In this document: one piece after another, positions 59,236 through 64,000 of the stretch
Position numbering within the stretch: the first letter of the stretch is position 1
How the letters are laid out: every line of letters begins with the position of its first letter
From: an uncultured bacterium
GTDB lineage: Bacteria > Krumholzibacteriota > Krumholzibacteriia > LZORAL124-64-63
Reading direction: 5' to 3'
Assembly (NCBI GenBank): GCA_963727525.1
Contig: CAVSGO010000006.1
Span: 64,001 to 128,000 of the forward strand
Length of the DNA stretch: 64,000 nucleotides
Notes under the pieces: generated by a model
The model's database searches: none
What the model was told of the DNA's origin: nothing
What the model saw: only the letters and a program-made list of their open reading frames with translations
Position numbers and translations under genes: made by a program

Positions 59236-61425
59236 ATGGCCCGTATTCGCTCCTTACTCGTCGTTGGCATCGCGCTCGGTGCGATGTCCTTGCAAGCCAG
59301 CACTTTCGAATTCCAGTGGGCCCAGCCGCGCCCCACCGGCAACTTGCTCACGGGCTGCAGCTTCGCCGATGCCATGCACGGGCTGTGCGTGGGTGAGTTC
59401 GGTACCGTCCTGCACACGGATGACGGCGGCACCTCGTGGACGCTCGTTCCCGGTACGTGGACCGTCCTGCCGCAACTCTCCGACGTCCTCATGCTCGATG
59501 CCCTCACCGCCATCGCCGTGGGCGAGGGCGAGCGCCTCTACCGCAGCACCGACGGCGGTGCGACGTGGACACCAGTGAGTGCGCCAGGCGGGCTGCCGCT
59601 GGACGACATCGCACGCGCCGGCACTGATCTGGTGGTCGTGGGCGCGGGCGGCACGGTCCTGCGCTCGAGCGACGACGGTCTGACGTGGACGGCGATGCCG
59701 TTCAGCGGCGACGACCATCTCACGCGCTCGTACTGGCTCGACGGTCAGCGAGGCTTCGTGGTGTCGGGCACTTTCCAGGAGCTCGGTACCGTGGTTGCCC
59801 GCACCGTGGACGGTGGGTCGACCTGGACCCCGCTCGTCGGGGTTCTGCCGCACACGGCGCGCAACGTCGCTTTCCTCGACGACACCACCGGATTCGTGCT
59901 CACCGACGGCGACACGTACCGCAGCGACGACGGCGGTGCCACGTGGACCAACCTCGGCCTCTACTTCCAGTCCTACGCGAACAACCTCGTGTTCCTCGAC
60001 GACCAGACGTGGCTGGTGAGCGCGTTCGGGGAAGGCGCGGTCATCGACCGCACAGTGGATGCGGGCGCGGAGTTCTCGATCGCGTTCTACGACCTCGCCC
60101 TGCAGGGGGTCACGACGCTGCAGCAGATCCCGGGGGGGCGCGTGGTGGCCACGCTGCCCAACGGCGGCGTCGTCACCAGCGATGACGACGGACTGACGTG
60201 GACCGTGCGCGTCGACGACGCTGCGGACGGGCGCTGGCCGACGCTGCGGACCGTGCGCATGACCGAAGGTGGACGCGCTTATGCCGGCGCCGACACCACC
60301 CAGGGTCCGAACAGCCCGCAGCTCTGGCTCGAGAGCGGAGACCATGGCCGGACGTGGCACCAGAGCGCCACGCCGCCGCCTCTGACGCGGTTCCGCGACA
60401 TCCTCTGCGTGTCCAATCAGCACACGCTCGTGAGCGGTACGGTGGGATGGAGCGACCCGGTGATTGCGCGCACGGTCGATGGTGGGCTCACCTGGGGTCT
60501 GAGCACGCTGCCGCCGGGTGACGGGCCGATGACCCTCGCGCTCGCGGGCCCGTCGCGCGTCTTCGTGACGGCGTTATTCGGGTCGAACGGTGGTACCCAC
60601 GTCTATCGCAGCGACGACGGCGGTGCCACCTGGCAAGACGCCAGCATCGGCCTGGCACCGAACCAGGCCTATCTCGGTATCTCGTTCGTCGATGCCGACC
60701 ACGGCTTCGTGTCCGGCGGATTCGCGAGCGGCGTGGTCTCCAGAACCGCCGACGGAGGTGACACCTGGCAGTCCCTGCCCAGCAGCGGACTCGGTGGATA
60801 CGCGCGCTGGTTGTGGTTCGCCGACGAGCAGATCGGCCTCGCGTCGTGCGGCGACGGTATCTACCGCACCGAGGACGGCGGCATGTCGTGGACACTCGTG
60901 CAGGCGGCGAACTACGGCAGCCCGCTCGCGGTGGACCCGAGTGGGCGCGGGTTCGCGCTCGACGGGTTCGACGGCACCCTCTTCACCACCGGCGACGCTG
61001 GACTCACCTGGGAGACGGCTCCCCTGCCGTGGCGTGGGGGCGCGGATGTCGCCGTCGCGGGCACGGACTTCGTGGTGGTGGGCGAGTACGCGAGCATTCT
61101 GCACGGGGAGGTGCTCGGCGCGACGGCGGTCGACCCGTTGCCGGCACCAGGGGCCGTGTCCCTGCGCGCCGCACCCAACCCTTTCAATCCGCGCGTCGAG
61201 CTGCAGCTCGCGATCCCGCGCGACGGCCAGGTGCGTGTCGATATCTTCGATGCGCGCGGCCGGCGCGTGCGCGCGCTTGCGATCGGCGAGGTGACCGCCG
61301 GTACCCACACCTGGACCTGGAACGGCCAGGACGACGCGGGGCGCGCCCTGCCGTCCGGGCTCTACCTCGCACGCGCCACCGGCCTGGCCGGCTCGGCGTC
61401 CACCAAGCTGACGCTGGTCCGCTAA
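59236..61425 (+). CDS. Secreted YCF48/BNR (Asp-box) repeat protein with FlgD-Ig CTD, paralog 1
   Basis: More than 10 (S/T)xDGGxTW repeats; PNPFNP tail. Confidence 0.88.
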   Translation: MARIRSLLVVGIALGAMSLQASTFEFQWAQPRPTGNLLTGCSFADAMHGLCVGEFGTVLHTDDGGTSWTLVPGTWTVLPQLSDVLMLDALTAIAVGEGERLYRSTDGGATWTPVSAPGGLPLDDIARAGTDLVVVGAGGTVLRSSDDGLTWTAMPFSGDDHLTRSYWLDGQRGFVVSGTFQELGTVVARTVDGGSTWTPLVGVLPHTARNVAFLDDTTGFVLTDGDTYRSDDGGATWTNLGLYFQSYANNLVFLDDQTWLVSAFGEGAVIDRTVDAGAEFSIAFYDLALQGVTTLQQIPGGRVVATLPNGGVVTSDDDGLTWTVRVDDAADGRWPTLRTVRMTEGGRAYAGADTTQGPNSPQLWLESGDHGRTWHQSATPPPLTRFRDILCVSNQHTLVSGTVGWSDPVIARTVDGGLTWGLSTLPPGDGPMTLALAGPSRVFVTALFGSNGGTHVYRSDDGGATWQDASIGLAPNQAYLGISFVDADHGFVSGGFASGVVSRTADGGDTWQSLPSSGLGGYARWLWFADEQIGLASCGDGIYRTEDGGMSWTLVQAANYGSPLAVDPSGRGFALDGFDGTLFTTGDAGLTWETAPLPWRGGADVAVAGTDFVVVGEYASILHGEVLGATAVDPLPAPGAVSLRAAPNPFNPRVELQLAIPRDGQVRVDIFDARGRRVRALAIGEVTAGTHTWTWNGQDDAGRALPSGLYLARATGLAGSASTKLTLVR

Positions 61426-61442
61426 CCCGAGGAGGTTCGACC

Positions 61443-63629
61443 ATGAGATTCGCGATACTCGCTCTCGTCCTCGGCCTCGTGGCGGCGCCCGCCACGGCGG
61501 TGGATTTCAGCTTCCAGTGGGCCCAGCCGCTGCCGGCGTCCAATCCCATCCGCGGCTGCAGCTTCGGTGACGCGCAACATGGGCTCACCGTGGGCGACTC
61601 CGGCACCATCCTGCGCACCAGCGATGGTGGCGACACGTGGAACCTCGTGCCCGACTCCTGGAACGTATTGCCGGATCTCCACGACGTGCTCATGCTCGAC
61701 GGCGCCACGGCCGTCGCCGTGGGTGCGGGCGATCGGCTCTACCGTAGCGCGGATGGCGGCCGTACCTGGACGCCCGTGGGCGCGCCCGGCAGTGCGGAGC
61801 TTATCCACATCGCGCGCGCCGGCGCCACGGCGATCGTGGCCGTGGGCGACCAGGGCGAGGTGCTGCGTTCCGCGGACGCCGGGCTCACCTGGACCCTGCT
61901 CCCGTTTCCCGGCAGCGATCGTCTCACCCGGCAGCACTGGTTCGACGCCTCGCGCGGCCTCGTGATGTCGGGCGATGGGCTCAACTTCGGCACCATCATC
62001 GCGCAGACCGATGATGGCGGTCAGACCTGGTCGACCGTCCCCGGCATCGATCCGACGTTTCTGATCAACATCGCGGTACTCGACGACACCACGGGTTTCC
62101 TGGTGAGCTTCGGTCAGACCTACCGCACTGACGATGGAGGGACCACCTGGGCCGATGTGGGCCAGTTCTTTCCGCTTTACAGCGACAACGTCGTGTTTCT
62201 CGACGCGCAGAACTGGCTCGTGGGCGCCAACGGTGAGGGCGCCGAGATCCACCGCACCGTCGATGGGGGAGCCTCGTTCTCGTTCGTCTACGATCGACTC
62301 GCGAACGTTGGCGTCACGCGGCTGCTGCAGATTCCCGGCGGCCGCATCGTCGCCACGATGAGCAGCGGCACGATCGCCACCAGCGACGACGACGGCCTCA
62401 CCTGGACGCACCGCCTCGACGATCTCGCCGACGGCTGGGCGCCGGCCTTCACGGCCCTCGGCCTGTCGCCCAGCGGCCGCGCCTTCGCCGCCAGCGACTA
62501 CCCGGATGGCCCCGACGCCGTGACCACCTGGTACGAGAGCACTGATCACGGCGAGTCGTGGCACTCCGGCACGGCCGCGCCCCCGTACCTGAACTACTCC
62601 GACATCGCCTTCGTGGACGAGCAGCGCGTATACGCCACGGGCTACGGCGTGCTGCTCTTCAACGACGTGGCACTCAGCGTCGACGGCGGCGCCTCCTGGA
62701 CCATGCACTCCCTCGGTACCGGCGACCGCCCATACGACCTGGCCATCACCAGCCCGCTGCGCGCGTACGTCACCTCGGTGCAGAACAACGCGCACGGCCG
62801 CGTGTACCGCACGGACGACGGCGGCGAGTCGTGGCAACTCGCCAGTGGCAACCTGCCCGACAGCTACCCGCTGCGCGCCATCGCCTTCGTCGACGACGAC
62901 CACGGCTTCGTGTTCGCCGACGCCGTACCCGGCCTGCTGTACACGACGACTGACGCAGGCGCGAGCTGGCAGCCGGTGGCCGCGGCCGGCATCGGCAACC
63001 ATCCCCGCGACCTCTGGTTCGCCGACGTCCAGCACGGTCTGGTGCGGTGCTTCGAAGGTATCTTCCGCACCGAGGACGGCGGGTTCAGCTGGGAACCCGT
63101 CGTGTCCGGGAGTCCGGTCGATCACTTCGAGATGACGTCTTCCGGGCGCGGCGGGGTACTCCACTTCGCCACCGGCGTCGTGAGCTGGACGGATGACGGC
63201 GGTGCCACCTGGCAGGATGTGTCGGTACCCTGGCACGGCGGATACACGCTCGCCCTCGACGCCACCGGCTTCGTACTCGCCGGGGTCAACGCCGGCATCG
63301 TGCGCGCCTACCGCAACGACGCCACGCCCGTGATCGAGCCGACGCCACGCATCGCGGCCCTCGTGCTGCAGGCGTCGCCCAACCCCTTCAACCCGCAGGT
63401 GGCCCTGCGACTCGATCTGCCGCGCGGTGGTCGGACGCAGGTGGCCGTCCTCGACGCGCGCGGCCGCCTCGTGCGCATGCTCGCCGTTGCTGACCTGCCC
63501 GCCGGTCCGCATACGTGGACCTGGGACGGATCTGACGACACCGGCCGTGCCTTGCCCTCGGGCGTGTATCTGGCGCGCGCCATGACCGACGCGGGCGCGG
63601 CGTCGCGAAAGCTGATGCTCGTACGCTGA
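61443..63629 (+). CDS. Secreted YCF48/BNR (Asp-box) repeat protein with FlgD-Ig CTD, paralog 2
   Basis: Collinear with paralog 1 from F.FQWAQP onward; GAGGAGG RBS. Confidence 0.88.
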   Translation: MRFAILALVLGLVAAPATAVDFSFQWAQPLPASNPIRGCSFGDAQHGLTVGDSGTILRTSDGGDTWNLVPDSWNVLPDLHDVLMLDGATAVAVGAGDRLYRSADGGRTWTPVGAPGSAELIHIARAGATAIVAVGDQGEVLRSADAGLTWTLLPFPGSDRLTRQHWFDASRGLVMSGDGLNFGTIIAQTDDGGQTWSTVPGIDPTFLINIAVLDDTTGFLVSFGQTYRTDDGGTTWADVGQFFPLYSDNVVFLDAQNWLVGANGEGAEIHRTVDGGASFSFVYDRLANVGVTRLLQIPGGRIVATMSSGTIATSDDDGLTWTHRLDDLADGWAPAFTALGLSPSGRAFAASDYPDGPDAVTTWYESTDHGESWHSGTAAPPYLNYSDIAFVDEQRVYATGYGVLLFNDVALSVDGGASWTMHSLGTGDRPYDLAITSPLRAYVTSVQNNAHGRVYRTDDGGESWQLASGNLPDSYPLRAIAFVDDDHGFVFADAVPGLLYTTTDAGASWQPVAAAGIGNHPRDLWFADVQHGLVRCFEGIFRTEDGGFSWEPVVSGSPVDHFEMTSSGRGGVLHFATGVVSWTDDGGATWQDVSVPWHGGYTLALDATGFVLAGVNAGIVRAYRNDATPVIEPTPRIAALVLQASPNPFNPQVALRLDLPRGGRTQVAVLDARGRLVRMLAVADLPAGPHTWTWDGSDDTGRALPSGVYLARAMTDAGAASRKLMLVR

Positions 63630-63722
63630 CAGCCCACGTCGTTGGCAACAAAGCCGCTGGATGCCGCCGTAGGCAGCGCCCCGAGGCCAGGGAGTTAATT
63701 TGTGGCTTCGAAAGGAGACGCC

Positions 63723-64000
63723 ATGACCAATCGTCGATTCGCCGCGTTCGCCGCGGCTCTCGTATTCTCCAGCATTCTCGCGGCGGCACCATCCCAGGCC
63801 GTCCAGGTCTGGTCCGGCCGCACCTATACATTCACAAAAGCCGCCAGCGCCGACTGGACGCTGCCGGAGAACCAGGACCGCATCACCAGTTCGGTGTGGA
63901 TCACGCGGGCCGGTACCCAGGGCATCTTCAACATCGCGGTGGAGTCGTCGTACGGGTCGCTCAGCCCGGCCGATACCGAGTGGGCCACCGGCGATGCCGC
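63723..64000 (+). CDS. Secreted hypothetical protein, 3'-truncated by the window end
   Basis: AAGGAG RBS, signal peptide, FTKAASADWTLPENQDRITSSVWITR; frame open to the end of the window (not in the ORF track). Confidence 0.75.
   Translation, partial: MTNRRFAAFAAALVFSSILAAAPSQAVQVWSGRTYTFTKAASADWTLPENQDRITSSVWITRAGTQGIFNIAVESSYGSLSPADTEWATGDA

Noticed and set aside
59236-63629. CRISPR-like or DGR-like nucleotide repeats
   Set aside because: Repeats are degenerate protein-level Asp-boxes and paralogy; there are no identical spaced repeats, cas genes or RT.

Overview
High-GC diderm bacterial DNA with about 48 densely packed genes. Eight secreted proteins end in a FlgD-Ig/T9SS-like C-terminal domain and one ends in a TWxxVKALF tail, which suggests an FCB-associated candidate lineage such as Krumholzibacteriota, Latescibacterota or Eisenbacteria (inference only). 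Two energy modules stand out. (1) At 29.0-36.4 kb, a non-canonical Rnf operon sits behind a Rex-like operator. It is led by an octaheme cytochrome, has an RnfC lacking the usual NADH/FMN motifs, and has RnfB fused to an NADPH-type GltD/NfnB flavoprotein. (2) At 40.4-46.7 kb, a putative sigma54-driven envelope-spanning electron conduit comprises an MtrA/DmsE decaheme, a porin, a hexaheme lipoprotein and a 19-heme CbcL-like c/b cytochrome. Also present are a sulfatase/maturase operon, a sulfate ABC operon with a readable sigma54 promoter and enhancer sites, a 179-bp MITE-like rod hairpin with a 5-bp target duplication, an Rrf2 divergon, a type III PKS, speA, uup, a sugar ABC transporter, a DUF2867-like gene relic, and three single-base frameshifts (sbp, rnfG, rnfE) that are probably sequencing errors. 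No rRNA, tRNA or CRISPR array was seen. All calls are from reading motifs by eye; no searches were run.
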